A stretch of 64,000 nt of DNA from Gaiellaceae bacterium (GTDB taxonomy: Bacteria > Actinomycetota > Thermoleophilia > Gaiellales > Gaiellaceae). This document shows positions 34,055 through 44,239 of the stretch, one piece after another. Location of the stretch: the NCBI GenBank assembly GCA_036824245.1, contig DAITAO010000001.1, forward strand, positions 42,964-106,963, written 5' to 3'. The position numbers were made by a program, and so were the translations under genes. Under the pieces are notes generated by a model. That model did not search any database. It had not been told where the DNA came from and saw only the letters and a program-made list of their open reading frames with translations. Within the stretch, counting starts at the first letter, position 1; each line of letters opens with the position of its first letter.

Positions 34055-36953
34055 GCGGCCTGGATCGCCGCCGCTGGCGGCGTCGTTCGCGACGCGCGTC
34101 GGCTCGGGTGGCACCGTCTCCGCCGGTGTCAACGGTCGGGGCCAGCTCCGGCGGCGGCTCCTGCTCAGCCGAGGCGGTCGGTGGTGCCAGCACCTTCCCG
34201 TCCTCACGCTGCGCCGCACCGTCCCCAGCGGCCAGTGCGGTGCGGCGCTTGTACTCAGGCTCGCGCTCCTTCAGCACGGCCAGGAACGGCGCTGCGATGA
34301 AGATCGTCGAGAACGCACTGACTGAGATGCCCGTCAGGATCGCGAAGGCGAAGTCCTTGAGGGTCTCGCCGCCGAAAAAGAACAGGCAGCTGACCGGGAG
34401 CAGCGTGATGAACGTGGTCGCGAGCGAACGTGGAATCGTCTCCCAGAGCGACACGTTGATGATCTGCGCGATTGTCGAGCGCCGCATCAGGGGGATGTTT
34501 TCCCGCACGCGGTCGAAGATGATGATCGTGTCGTAGATCGAGTACCCGATGATGGTCAGGAAGGCGGCCACAGTGGCCGCTGACACCTCCCGTCCCGACA
34601 GGGCATAGATGCCGACGACGATCACACCGTCGTTGCCGATCGTGCGCAGGATCGGGACCGCGAACCGCCATTCGAAGCGGATCGTCACGTACAGGGCGAT
34701 GAGCAGGAACGAGACGACCATCGCGTAGATCGCGCCACGCAGGATCTGCTCGCTGAAGCTCGCCGACACGTTGCGAATGCCCTCGACTGTGGCGTCGAAT
34801 TCGCGCTCGAGGGCCGTCGTGAGCTGTGTCACGTCCGCCTGGTCGAACGACTCCGCGCGGATCTGGAACTCACGGAAGCTTTGGTTCGGTCCCTCTTCGC
34901 CCCTGCCCTGAATGACGGCGCCTTCCAGCCCAACCTCGGCCGCCTGGTCGCGCACGTTCTCAATTTGCACCGCCCGCGGCGTCTCGAAGGCCAGCTGGCT
35001 GCCGCCCTCGAAATCGATGCCGAGATTCAGTCCTTTGAACACCACCGCGGCGAGCGTGATGGCGATCGAGATGCCTGCCAGGATGAACCAGATGCGCCGG
35101 CGTCCGACGATGTCAACGCGCTGCCACGCCGGAACCTCGCGCGGGCTGGCGCCCATGAAGGCCGGGTTGTCGAACCAGCGGAAGCCCGCGAGGATGCCGA
35201 GCAACGCACGCGTCGCGAGAACGGCCGTGATGATCGAGATGCCCGTTCCGAGCAGCAGCAGCAGGGCGAAGCCGCGCACGCCGGACGTCGCGATCACGAA
35301 GAGAATCACAGCCGTGATCGCCGTCACCACGTTCGCGTCGATGATCGTCGAGAAGCCCTTGGTGTAGCCGTTGGCGATCGCTGCGCGCACTGATTTGCCC
35401 GCGCGCGACTCCTCTTTGATGCGTTCGAAGATGACGATGTTGGCGTCTGCCGCGACGCCGATGGTTAATGCCATGCCTGCGAAGCCCGGCAGGGTCAGCG
35501 TCACGTCGAACAGCACGATCACGGCGTACAGGAAGGCCGCGTAGATACCGAGTCCGATCACGGCGACGACGCCCAGGAAGCGGTAGATGACCAGCAGGAA
35601 GAGCGCGACGAGGATGAGCCCGGCGACGGACGCCTTCAGCGCCTGGCGCAGCGAGTCCTCGCCGAGCGTCGCCGAGACCGTGGTCTCGTCTGCGATCTTG
35701 AACGTGATCGGCAGCGCGCCGGTCTGCAGCACGAGCGCCAGGTCCTTCGCCTCGTTGATCGAGCCGATGCCGGTGATCTGCGCGCCGTTGTCGCCCGGGA
35801 TGCCGTCCGGGTTCTCCTCGAAGTCGATGGTCGGGAACGACTTGATCTCGTCGTCGAGGACGATCGCGAAACGCTGGAACGCGTCCTCCGCCGGCGTTCC
35901 CTGAGGCAGGCGCGGCTGCAGCTGCCGACCGTCCTGGGCGAGGTCGCGCGTGACGTCGTGGAACTTGTTCGCGCCGGCATCGGTGAACTGCATGAGCACG
36001 ATCGGCTCGCCGCCGGCCTGCGTGTCGAAATCCTGGCGAGTTCCGTCGATGTTGAGGTCCTCGCCCGTCATCTCTGGGATGGGCTCCTCGGCGTTCGGCG
36101 TGTAACGGAAGAGGTAGTAGTAGGTCTGGCTGGGCGGAGCCTCCGCGACTGAAGGGCAAAAGCGCGCGCTCTTGTCGCAGGTGATGATCTTGGTGTTGGC
36201 CGGCTGCGCGAGGATGCGGGTGCCCTTCGGGAAGGAACGGCTCGTGTCGGCGGCACGCTCGCCGCTCGACTCGTCGCCGCCCGACGCATCCGGGTTCTTG
36301 TTGCTGCCGCCGCTTGCTGGCGTCGCGCCGGTCCCAGTGCCCCCCGCTGCCTGAGCCGCGCACGCATCTTCGTCACCCTTGAGACACCTCGCCGCTTCGG
36401 TCTGGACCAGCTTCTCGCGTGTCTGCAGCGGCCCGGCGATGAGCTTCTTCTGCGGGTTGAACAGGTAGTAGGCCTCGGCGTTCTCCTGAGCTGCCTTGCT
36501 CACCGGTGCAAGCAGACTGAAGAGACTGTCCTGGGCGACCGGCTGGTGGTACAGCCGGTCAACTGACGGGGGCACGAGATCAGCCTCCAGCTTGTAGAGC
36601 TCGAGCTGCGCCGTCGAGCCGATGATGTTGACGGCGCGCTCGCGGTCGAACACGCCGGCTAGCTGGACGCTGATCTGGTTCGTGCCGGACTGGCGCACCT
36701 CGGGCTCGGAGACGCCCAGCTTGTCGATGCGCTCGCGGATGATGTCGACCGAGCGGTCGAGGTCCTCGTCCGTCAGCTCACGGTCGTCCTTCTGCGGCTG
36801 TGCCTCCAGCACCACCTCGAGCCCGCCCTGCAGGTCGAGGCCGAGAGTCGGCTCCTTGTTGAGCGGCGATGCCGGAACGGCGAGCAGCGCCACGCCGACC
36901 AGGGCGGCGAGGACAGCGAGCAGCATGAGGAGCTGTGAGCGACGGTTCGACAC
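34038..36953 (-). CDS. secDF: protein translocase subunit SecDF (fusion)
   Basis: 971 aa. SecD start LGLDLQGGLEVVL, two 6-TM blocks, and the SecF block (FEGGSQLAFETP). The periplasmic head carries a Gly/Ser-rich, Cys-containing insert. Confidence 0.93.
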   Translation of the reverse strand: MSNRRSQLLMLLAVLAALVGVALLAVPASPLNKEPTLGLDLQGGLEVVLEAQPQKDDRELTDEDLDRSVDIIRERIDKLGVSEPEVRQSGTNQISVQLAGVFDRERAVNIIGSTAQLELYKLEADLVPPSVDRLYHQPVAQDSLFSLLAPVSKAAQENAEAYYLFNPQKKLIAGPLQTREKLVQTEAARCLKGDEDACAAQAAGGTGTGATPASGGSNKNPDASGGDESSGERAADTSRSFPKGTRILAQPANTKIITCDKSARFCPSVAEAPPSQTYYYLFRYTPNAEEPIPEMTGEDLNIDGTRQDFDTQAGGEPIVLMQFTDAGANKFHDVTRDLAQDGRQLQPRLPQGTPAEDAFQRFAIVLDDEIKSFPTIDFEENPDGIPGDNGAQITGIGSINEAKDLALVLQTGALPITFKIADETTVSATLGEDSLRQALKASVAGLILVALFLLVIYRFLGVVAVIGLGIYAAFLYAVIVLFDVTLTLPGFAGMALTIGVAADANIVIFERIKEESRAGKSVRAAIANGYTKGFSTIIDANVVTAITAVILFVIATSGVRGFALLLLLGTGISIITAVLATRALLGILAGFRWFDNPAFMGASPREVPAWQRVDIVGRRRIWFILAGISIAITLAAVVFKGLNLGIDFEGGSQLAFETPRAVQIENVRDQAAEVGLEGAVIQGRGEEGPNQSFREFQIRAESFDQADVTQLTTALEREFDATVEGIRNVSASFSEQILRGAIYAMVVSFLLIALYVTIRFEWRFAVPILRTIGNDGVIVVGIYALSGREVSAATVAAFLTIIGYSIYDTIIIFDRVRENIPLMRRSTIAQIINVSLWETIPRSLATTFITLLPVSCLFFFGGETLKDFAFAILTGISVSAFSTIFIAAPFLAVLKEREPEYKRRTALAAGDGAAQREDGKVLAPPTASAEQEPPPELAPTVDTGGDGATRADARRERRRQRRRSRPHGRAR

Positions 36954-36984
36954 GCGAAAAAGGCCTTACTTCAGCGTAGCTGCA

Positions 36985-37338
36985 CTATGTTCGGCTCGCC
37001 TCCGTGGGCTCCTCGTCCGCCGCGGTCTTGGCCTCGTCCGCTGGGGTCTCGAGCTCGGCCGCGTCCACGTCCACTTCTTCGTCACGATCCTCGGTGAGCA
37101 CGAGCGCTACCGCGCGCTTGTCGAGCCGCACGCTCGTGCCGGCGGCGATCTCCACTGTGAGGTCGTCCTCGCGCACCGCCTGAACCGTGGCGTAGACGCC
37201 GCCTGCGGTCAGCACCTCGTCACCGACCGAGACGTCTTGGAGCATCTGCCGCTGAGACCGCTGCCTGCGGCGCTGCGGCGCGATCAGGAGCACCCAGAAC
37301 AGCAGCACCATGACCCCGATGAAAATCAATGCTTCCAA
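36985..37338 (-). CDS. yajC: preprotein translocase subunit YajC
   Basis: TTG at 37338 preceded by GGAGGAG. Has LIFIGVMVLLFWVLLIAPQRRR...VGDEVLTAGGVYATV. The listed 348-aa ORF is mostly shadow over tgt. Confidence 0.85.
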   Translation of the reverse strand: MEALIFIGVMVLLFWVLLIAPQRRRQRSQRQMLQDVSVGDEVLTAGGVYATVQAVREDDLTVEIAAGTSVRLDKRAVALVLTEDRDEEVDVDAAELETPADEAKTAADEEPTEASRT

Positions 37339-37349
37339 GCCGACTCCTC

Positions 37350-38489
37350 CTACGACCCACGCAGACGGCCGAGCGTCTCGGCCTTGAAGGATGCTAGCTC
37401 CCCGCGCTCGATCGCGGCGCGCGCGCGGGCGGTCAGGTCGAGGAGGAAACGGAGGTTGTGCAGCGTCAGCAACCGGAAACCGAGCATCTCCTGCTGGTTG
37501 ACTAGGTGGCGGACGTAGGCGCGCGAGAAGCGGCTGCACGCCGGGCAAGGGCAGGCTTCCTCGAGCGGGCGCCGGTCGCGCGCGAGGGACGCGTTGCGAA
37601 GGTTCAGCCGGCCGTCGGCGGTGAGCGCCGTCCCCGTGCGGCCGAGGCGGGTCGGCAGCACGCAGTCGAACATGTCGACGCCGCGTTCGACCACCTCGAG
37701 TAGCCCCTCCGGGTCGCCTATGCCCATGAAATAGCGCGGCCGCTCGGCGGGCAGCTGCGGTGTAGCACTTGCAACCGCCTCGAACGTTTGGCCGCGCGGC
37801 TCTCCGACGGACAGGCCGCCGAGCGCGTAGCCGTCGAAATCGAGCGCGACCAGCTCCTCGATCGAGCGACGCCGCAGCTCGTCGTTCGTGCCGCCCTGGC
37901 TTATGGCGAACACGACCTGCCCGGGTGCGCGCTCCGCGGCGCGCTGCCGCGCCGCCCAGAGCGTTGTGCGGCGCACGGCAGCGGCGAGATCCTCGGGCGA
38001 CGATCCCGCCGGCGGACAGACGTCGAGGCACATGGCGATGTCGGCGCCGAGCTCCGCCTGCACGTGCGCGGCCAGCTCGGGAGTGAAGCGCGCGGGCGTT
38101 CCGTCGTAGACGGAGCGGAAGGTGACTCCTTCGTCGTCGGCGCGCACGATCGTGTGGCGCAGCGAGAAGACCTGGAAACCGCCCGAGTCAGTGAGGATCG
38201 GCCCGTCCCACTGCATGAACTCGTGCAGGCCGCCCAGGTCCGCGATCGGCTCAACGCCGGGCCGGAAGAACAGGTGATACGTGTTGCCGAGCACGATCGT
38301 CGCACCCAGCGCGCGCAGCTCGTCAGGGTCGACGGCCTTCACCGTTGCCTTCGTCCCCACCGGCATGAACGCAGGGGTCGGCACCTCGCCGTGCGCCGTG
38401 TGCAACACGCCGGCGCGCGCGTGGCCGTCCGTCGCAGTCACGGCGAAGCCTGGCACGGCCGTCACGCTAACGCCGCCGGCCCGTGTCAA
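37350..38489 (-). CDS. tgt: queuine tRNA-ribosyltransferase
   Basis: 379 aa. Has TPAFMPVGT, LGNTYHL, DSGGFQV and the zinc site CPCPACSRFSRAYVRHL. The true start may be a GTG about 20 nt downstream. Confidence 0.95.
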   Translation of the reverse strand: MTRAGGVSVTAVPGFAVTATDGHARAGVLHTAHGEVPTPAFMPVGTKATVKAVDPDELRALGATIVLGNTYHLFFRPGVEPIADLGGLHEFMQWDGPILTDSGGFQVFSLRHTIVRADDEGVTFRSVYDGTPARFTPELAAHVQAELGADIAMCLDVCPPAGSSPEDLAAAVRRTTLWAARQRAAERAPGQVVFAISQGGTNDELRRRSIEELVALDFDGYALGGLSVGEPRGQTFEAVASATPQLPAERPRYFMGIGDPEGLLEVVERGVDMFDCVLPTRLGRTGTALTADGRLNLRNASLARDRRPLEEACPCPACSRFSRAYVRHLVNQQEMLGFRLLTLHNLRFLLDLTARARAAIERGELASFKAETLGRLRGS

Positions 38490-38589
38490 GAAAGCGGCAC
38501 AAACCAGTCACACCTGTCCTTGCCGGACCCCTCCAGGGCCTGTCCCCGGTTGTGTGACGAATGAGTGGCGGTTCTTCCATAGGTGTGCC

Positions 38590-39531
38590 TCAGAGGACGA
38601 GCATGGCATCGCCGAACGAGTAGAAGCGGTACCGCTCGGCGATCGCGAGGCGGTACAGCTCGCGCGTCTCCTCCACGCCGGCGAACGCCATCACGAGGGC
38701 GAGGAGCGTCGAGCGCGGCAGGTGGAAGTTGGTGAGCAGCGCGTCGACGCGGCGGAATTCGAAGCCGGGCACCACGAGGAGATCCGTGCGGCCCACGAGC
38801 GGTGCCCCGCTCGCGAGCGATTCGAGCACCCGCACGGTGGTCGTGCCGACCGCGAGCACACGTTCTGCGGCGCGGATGCGCTGCCAGGCGCGCGCGCCGA
38901 CCTCGTACCGCTCGCTGTGCAGCCGGTGGCCGGCCAGTGTCGCGGCCGAGATGGGTCGGAACGTGTCCAGTCCCACGTGGAGCGTGACGCGCTCGACATC
39001 CAGCCTGGCCAGGAGCTCCGGCGTGAAGTGCAGCCCCGCCGTCGGCGCTGCCGCCGAGCCCTCCGCGGACGCGTAGACGGTCTGGTAGCGCTCGGGATCG
39101 GCAAGCGGCTCGGTGATGTACGGCGGCAGCGGCATCTCTCCGGACGGCCGCCCCTCGAGCCGCACGCGCCAGCGGCCCTCGCCCAGCGGCTCGACGAGCT
39201 CGGCGGGCCCGACGCGGTCCCCGGGTCGGAGACGACGCGACGGCCGCGCCAGCGCCTCCCACTCGCCGCGCACGTCGAGTGGCTCGAGCAGCAGCACCTC
39301 CGCCTCACCGCCCGTCGCACGGCGGGCACGGATACGCGCCGGGACGACCCGAGTATCGTTGACCACGACCAGCTCACCGGCCAGCTCGACTGGCAGGTCG
39401 CCGAAGCGGCGATGGCGCACGTCACCCGTCGAACGTTCGTAGACGAGCAGTCGCGACTCGTCCCGGCGAGCGGCGGGATGCTGGGCGATTAACTCCGGGG
39501 GCAGCTCGTAGTCGAGCTCCTCGGACCTCAT
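38590..39531 (-). CDS. queA: S-adenosylmethionine:tRNA ribosyltransferase-isomerase
   Basis: 313 aa. Has LDYELPPELIAQHPA, PLPPYI, TAGLHFT, LLTNFHLPRSTLL and YRFYSFGDAMLV. Confidence 0.93.
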   Translation of the reverse strand: MRSEELDYELPPELIAQHPAARRDESRLLVYERSTGDVRHRRFGDLPVELAGELVVVNDTRVVPARIRARRATGGEAEVLLLEPLDVRGEWEALARPSRRLRPGDRVGPAELVEPLGEGRWRVRLEGRPSGEMPLPPYITEPLADPERYQTVYASAEGSAAAPTAGLHFTPELLARLDVERVTLHVGLDTFRPISAATLAGHRLHSERYEVGARAWQRIRAAERVLAVGTTTVRVLESLASGAPLVGRTDLLVVPGFEFRRVDALLTNFHLPRSTLLALVMAFAGVEETRELYRLAIAERYRFYSFGDAMLVL

Positions 39532-39540
39532 CCGACCCGA

Positions 39541-39550
39541 ACGCTAGCGT
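39541..39550. promoter_or_regulatory. palindrome AACGCTAGCGTT giving a TAGCGT -10 on both strands (queA and the divergent 39558 ORF)
   Basis: The plus-strand TAGCGT (39545-39550) lies 7 nt before the GTG at 39558. The minus-strand TAGCGT (39546-39541) lies 9 nt before the queA ATG at 39531. Confidence 0.35.
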
Positions 39551-39557
39551 TGCCGCC

Positions 39558-40004
39558 GTGAACCACGACGCGCTGGAGATGGCGAAGGAGCGACTCGCCA
39601 GAGCGGCCGAAGAGCGCACAGAGGCGGCGGACGTCGACACCGCACTCGAACGCGCACGGGCGCAGATCGAGGCCGTTGCGGAACTCGCCGCGAACCTCGA
39701 ATCGTCGCTCCCGGACCAGGTCGGCAACGCGGTGCGCGAGGGTGTGCGAGCCGAGGCGCTGCCCGTGGCGCGGCAAATGGCCGAGGTACGCGGGCTCGCC
39801 GGCCAGACCATTCGCCGCCTCGAGCGCATGGAGGGACAGCTGGTCGCGGAGCGGCGCGCGCGGCTCGACGACCTCGCATTGCTCGTCGATCTGATCTCGT
39901 CGAGCTGGCAGGGAGCAGATCAGCGGCTCGACCGCATCGAGCGCGGCCTCGAGAGCTCGAGCGGCGCGATCGTCTACCGCATCGAAGAGCGCCGCGCTAC
40001 CTAG
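39558..40004 (+). CDS. hypothetical coiled-coil protein
   Basis: 148 aa with charged helical composition and a GTG start. Convergent with the kinase gene, overlapping it by 4 nt. No family recognised. Confidence 0.45.
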   Translation: MNHDALEMAKERLARAAEERTEAADVDTALERARAQIEAVAELAANLESSLPDQVGNAVREGVRAEALPVARQMAEVRGLAGQTIRRLERMEGQLVAERRARLDDLALLVDLISSSWQGADQRLDRIERGLESSSGAIVYRIEERRAT

Positions 40005-41386
40005 TCCCGGGGCGACGCCGGCAAGACCAGCTCGAAGCGGCTGCCCCGCCCCGGATCGCTCTCGAGGTTGATCCGTCCCCCCAGCGCCACTGCCAGCTCG
40101 TTGGCGATGGCGAGACCGAGTCCCGTGCCTGCACCGTCGTGCGTGAAGAAGGGTCGGAAGATGCGCTCCCGTTCTGCGGGCGCAATGCCGGGGCCGGTGT
40201 CCGCGACGGCCACTGACACTGTGCCGTCCGCCTGCGAGAGCTCGAGCGCGATGGCGCCGCCGTCGGGCGTCCAGCGGAAGGCGTTGGAGAGCAGGTTGGT
40301 GATGATTTGCAGCACCCTGTCGCCGTCCGACAGGATCACCGGCTGCGCGACGAAGTCAGAGCGGTAGTCGATGCCGCGTCGGCGCGCCTCCTCGCCGTAG
40401 CTCGAGTACGCCTGCTCCAGGAGGCGGCTCATGTCCACCTCCTCACGCAGCACCGTGAAACGGCGCATGTCGAGCTTCGCCAGATCGAGTACGTCGCCCA
40501 CGAGGCGCTCGAGACGCGCGGTCTCCGCGGCAATCACGTCGAGCGACAGCGCGCGCGCCTCGGGATGCTCGGCAACGCCCTCCCGCAAGGCCTCGACGTG
40601 TCCACGAATGGCGGTCAACGGAGTGCGCAGCTCGTGCGAGACGGTCATCAGGAAGTTGCGCTCCAGCTCCTCGGCCTCGCTTAGACGATGCGCCATCTCT
40701 CCGAAACGCCCGGCCAGGTCGCCGATCTCGCCGCCCCCGGGCACGTCCGGCACGGCGACGCTGTAGTTTCCAGCAGCGATCTCGTCGGCCGCGTCCGAGA
40801 GGGCGAGAACGGGCTTCGTGATGCGTCGCGACAGGTACCACCCGAGCGCGCCGGCCACGAGGATGCCGATCACGAATGCCACGCCGAGACGCTGCATGAG
40901 CGTCAACCAGCGGTCGCGCAGCTCGTCCTTCGGAGTCGCCACGATCAGTGCGCCGTAGAGCTGGCCCTCGAGGCGAAGCGGATGCGCTACGGCGAAGTAG
41001 GTCTCGTTCGCCGCCGGCGGTACGAACTCGAAAGTGTGCACCCGGCCGTCGCGCCACTGAGGAACGACAGTCTGTGGCAACTCATGGAGCACCGCTTCGC
41101 CCTGGAGCTCGATCGGGGCGCCCAGGTAGAACAGCTGGTTGCCGCTCGCGCGCTCGAGCTCCTCGGTCGCGAACGCCGGCGGCGGCCGATCCTCCTCGAG
41201 GGTGACGATGGCGAGCTTCGCGTACAGGTCTGCGAGGCCGGCTGCGTTCTGACGCAGCTCGCTCTTGGTTCGGTCCTCGACGTAGTTCTGGAAGAGACCC
41301 ACCGCGATCGCCGCCGCGACTACGCCCGACAAGACGATCCCGATCAGGAAGAGGGCCGGAAGGCGGAAGCGGAGCGAGCGGAACAT
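40001..41386 (-). CDS. sensor histidine kinase (2 TM, HAMP, HisKA, HATPase_c)
   Basis: 461 aa. H-box VSHELRTPLTAI, N-box LLSNAFRWT, and G-boxes DTGPGI and GTGLGLAI. Confidence 0.9.
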   Translation of the reverse strand: MFRSLRFRLPALFLIGIVLSGVVAAAIAVGLFQNYVEDRTKSELRQNAAGLADLYAKLAIVTLEEDRPPPAFATEELERASGNQLFYLGAPIELQGEAVLHELPQTVVPQWRDGRVHTFEFVPPAANETYFAVAHPLRLEGQLYGALIVATPKDELRDRWLTLMQRLGVAFVIGILVAGALGWYLSRRITKPVLALSDAADEIAAGNYSVAVPDVPGGGEIGDLAGRFGEMAHRLSEAEELERNFLMTVSHELRTPLTAIRGHVEALREGVAEHPEARALSLDVIAAETARLERLVGDVLDLAKLDMRRFTVLREEVDMSRLLEQAYSSYGEEARRRGIDYRSDFVAQPVILSDGDRVLQIITNLLSNAFRWTPDGGAIALELSQADGTVSVAVADTGPGIAPAERERIFRPFFTHDGAGTGLGLAIANELAVALGGRINLESDPGRGSRFELVLPASPRD

Positions 41387-41399
41387 CGCCGCGCGGTGG

Positions 41400-42113
41400 C
41401 TAGGCGCTCACCGCCCCTTTCGCCGGCGGCGCCACCTTGTAGCCGACGCCCCAGACGGTGACGATCGGCGATGCCTCGCCGAGCTTACGGCGCAGCTGGC
41501 GCACGTGCACGTCGACGGTGCGGGTGTCGCCGGCGAAGGTGTAGCCCCAGACGCGCTCGAGCAGCTGGTCGCGCGTCAGCACGATGCCGCGGTGGTCGAG
41601 GAGCTCCCAAAGCAGGTCGAATTCCTTCGGGGCGAGCTGGATCTCCTCCTCGCCGACACGCGCCTCGCGCCGCCCCGAGTCGATGAAGAGGTCGCCGTGC
41701 TGGATCGTCCGGTTCTCGGCCGGCCGCCGGTCGGCGTTCGAGCGCCGCAGGATCGACTTGACGCGGGCAACGAGCTCCCGCGGGTTGAAGGGCTTCGTCA
41801 TGTAGTCGTCGGCGCCGACCTCCAAGCCGATGATCTTGTCGATGTCCTCGTCGCGCGCCGTCAGCATCAGAATGGGCACGTCCGAGCCGCGGCGGATGCG
41901 CCGGCAGACGTCGATTCCGTCCGAGTCGGGGAGCATGAGGTCGAGCACGACGAGCGCGGGCCTCGCCGCCTCGAGCTTGCCGAGCGCTTCGCCCCCGGTG
42001 GCGGCCGTCTGGACGTCGTAACCCGCGTTCTTCAGGTAGAGCGCGACGAAGGACGCAATCGACTCCTCGTCCTCGACCACCAGCACCGTCTGTGTCTTCG
42101 CGGTTGTAGCCAT
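41400..42113 (-). CDS. OmpR-family response regulator (canonical)
   Basis: 237 aa. Has VLVVEDEE, LVVLDLMLPDSDG, MLTAR, MTKPF and VWGVGYKV. Confidence 0.93.
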   Translation of the reverse strand: MATTAKTQTVLVVEDEESIASFVALYLKNAGYDVQTAATGGEALGKLEAARPALVVLDLMLPDSDGIDVCRRIRRGSDVPILMLTARDEDIDKIIGLEVGADDYMTKPFNPRELVARVKSILRRSNADRRPAENRTIQHGDLFIDSGRREARVGEEEIQLAPKEFDLLWELLDHRGIVLTRDQLLERVWGYTFAGDTRTVDVHVRQLRRKLGEASPIVTVWGVGYKVAPPAKGAVSA

Positions 42114-42138
42114 GCCGTCAGGATGCCAGAGGCACCAG

Positions 42139-42666
42139 TCAGGGCTTGAGCGGCGCCCTCGCCGGACCCGGAGCGCGCAACTGCAGCCACAGCGCCTCGT
42201 CCGGCACCACGACGAGGTCTGCGCCGTTCAAGGAGTACGCGCCGTTCGAAAGACCGAACTCCTCGAGGCCTGCACCTTTCAGCATGGCGCGCCCGCGTCC
42301 CACGGCGCTGAAAGCCACGCCCGTTGCATTCTGGATGCGCGCTGTGAAGCGACCGCCGAGGATACGGAAGCGGATCGGCTTCTTTCCTCCGTAGCTAGTC
42401 GCAGTCGCCGAGAGCGGCTTCGTCCACTGCTGCCCGCGCACGATCGGGACTCCACCGGCAATGGACTGATCCTCGATGATGAGCTTGCCTCGGTCGAGCC
42501 GGCCGATCACCGACCCCCTGTTGATCTGCAACGTGAAGGAGCCCCGGCCGGATTCCACCGCCAGGGTGCCGTCTCCGGTAGCAGACGTAGACCCTCCCGC
42601 GACCGCGGCGGAAACCAGGACGCCAAGAAGTGCGAGGAGAGCAGCGAAAGACCTGCGTGCGCGCAC
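42139..42666 (-). CDS. exported hypothetical protein
   Basis: 175 aa. Signal peptide MRARRSFAALLALLGVLVSAAVAGG. Lies 26 nt upstream of the response regulator on the same strand. Confidence 0.6.
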   Translation of the reverse strand: MRARRSFAALLALLGVLVSAAVAGGSTSATGDGTLAVESGRGSFTLQINRGSVIGRLDRGKLIIEDQSIAGGVPIVRGQQWTKPLSATATSYGGKKPIRFRILGGRFTARIQNATGVAFSAVGRGRAMLKGAGLEEFGLSNGAYSLNGADLVVVPDEALWLQLRAPGPARAPLKP

Positions 42667-42763
42667 GCTTTGGAGTATCGCGGTCGGGAGTGTGCCGCCG
42701 GTGAGTTCAATGTAAAGAACGTGTAAGGCGACCCGCCCCAGCGACGGCTTTTAGAGTCGCTGC

Positions 42764-44239
42764 GTGGACGAGATCACGACCTTCGGCGCGATGGTGCTCA
42801 TCGTGGCGGCCGGGTTCTCGCTCGCCATCCTGGCCAGCAAGGTGACGGAGCGGTTCCCGTTACCTGCGCCGGTCATCTTCCTGCTCGCCGCGGCGGTGGC
42901 CTCCGACGTCTTCACGGGACTCTCCGACGTGCTCAGCGTCCGCGAGGTCGAGCGCATCGGCACGGTTGCGCTCGTCCTCATCCTCTTCGACGGCGGGCTG
43001 CACGTCGGCTGGGGTCGCTTTCGGAGCGCCGCGTTGCCGATCGCCTCACTGGGCGTCCTGGGTACCTTCGCCACGGCCGGCGTGATGGCAGTCGCCGCGC
43101 ACGTGCTGCTCGGCTTCGACTGGACGACCGCGGGCATTTTGGGCGCCGCGCTCTCCCCCACCGACCCGGCCGTGATGTTCTCGGTGCTGGGGAATCGAGA
43201 GGTCGGCGGCCGCGCAGGGACGATTCTCGAAGGCGAGTCGGGCGCCAACGACCCGGTGGGCATCGCACTCATGGTGGGAATGCTCGAGCTCGCGACCGAG
43301 GACGACGCGACCTTCTTGGTGGTCGCCGAGGAGTTCGTACTCGAGATGGCGGTCGGACTGGCTGTCGGCGTGGGCGGCGGATTCCTGCTTCTGCAGCTGA
43401 TACGGCGGTTCTCGCTGCCCAGCGAAGGCCTCTACCCGCTGCGCACGCTCGCCGCGGCGCTCGTGATCTACGGGCTGGCGTCCGTGGCGCACGGGTCGGG
43501 CTTTCTCGCGGTCTTCGTCGCAGCCTTGGTGATCGGCGACGCGAGGGCCCCCTACAAGGCGGAGATCGAGCGCTTCCATACCTCCCTTTCCAGCCTCGCC
43601 GAGATCACCGTCTTCGTGGCGCTCGGACTGACGGTCGACGTCACAGCAGTCCTCTCGGACACAGCCGTTCTGGAGGCACTCGTGCTCGCGCTCGTGCTCG
43701 CGTTCGTGGCCCGGCCACTCGTCGTGGCCGTGCTCCTCTGGCCGGTGCGCATGCGCTGGGGTGAGCGAGCGTTCGTGGCCTGGGGAGGGCTGAAGGGCGC
43801 CGTCCCCATCCTCCTCGCCGCGTTCGCGCTCCTGGCGAACGTCGACGACGCGCAACGCGTCTACGACATCGTCTTCGTCGTGGTCGCCTTCTCGGTCCTC
43901 GTGCAGGGCTCGGCGCTTCCGTTCGTCGCCGCCCGCCTCGGGATCCGGATGCGTGACGTCGAACCGGAGCCGTGGAACATCTCCATCCGCCTGCGCCGCG
44001 AGCCGGCCGGAATCCGACGATTCGAGGTCCGACGAGGGTCACGCGCCGAGGGGCGGCGCATTCGCGACCTGCCGCTCTCCGAGCACAACTGGATCGTGGT
44101 CGTCATTCGCGAGGGTGAGGCGGTTCGCGCTGGTGGATCGACGGTGCTGGAGCCCGGAGACGAGGTCCTGGTGCTGAGCGACGAGGGCGACGCGCCTGCA
44201 TTGCAGCGGCTCTTCGAGGGAAAGCGTCAGTCCTCGTAG
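42764..44239 (+). CDS. K+(Na+)/H+ antiporter, CPA1 NhaP2/CvrA-type with C-terminal TrkA-C domain
   Basis: 491 aa. Has SPTDPAVMFSVL and ESGANDPVGIAL. The C-terminal RCK_C-like region has RIRDLPLSEHNWIVVVIREGEAVRAGGSTVLEPGDEVLV. GTG start preceded by TAGAGT-N6. Confidence 0.88.
   Translation: MDEITTFGAMVLIVAAGFSLAILASKVTERFPLPAPVIFLLAAAVASDVFTGLSDVLSVREVERIGTVALVLILFDGGLHVGWGRFRSAALPIASLGVLGTFATAGVMAVAAHVLLGFDWTTAGILGAALSPTDPAVMFSVLGNREVGGRAGTILEGESGANDPVGIALMVGMLELATEDDATFLVVAEEFVLEMAVGLAVGVGGGFLLLQLIRRFSLPSEGLYPLRTLAAALVIYGLASVAHGSGFLAVFVAALVIGDARAPYKAEIERFHTSLSSLAEITVFVALGLTVDVTAVLSDTAVLEALVLALVLAFVARPLVVAVLLWPVRMRWGERAFVAWGGLKGAVPILLAAFALLANVDDAQRVYDIVFVVVAFSVLVQGSALPFVAARLGIRMRDVEPEPWNISIRLRREPAGIRRFEVRRGSRAEGRRIRDLPLSEHNWIVVVIREGEAVRAGGSTVLEPGDEVLVLSDEGDAPALQRLFEGKRQSS

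Noticed and set aside
38490-38589. A preQ1 riboswitch or attenuator between queA and tgt.
   Set aside because: I saw only generic GC pairings (CACACCT...AGGTGTG). There is no preQ1-I/II consensus, and the spacer is probably just an intercistronic region.
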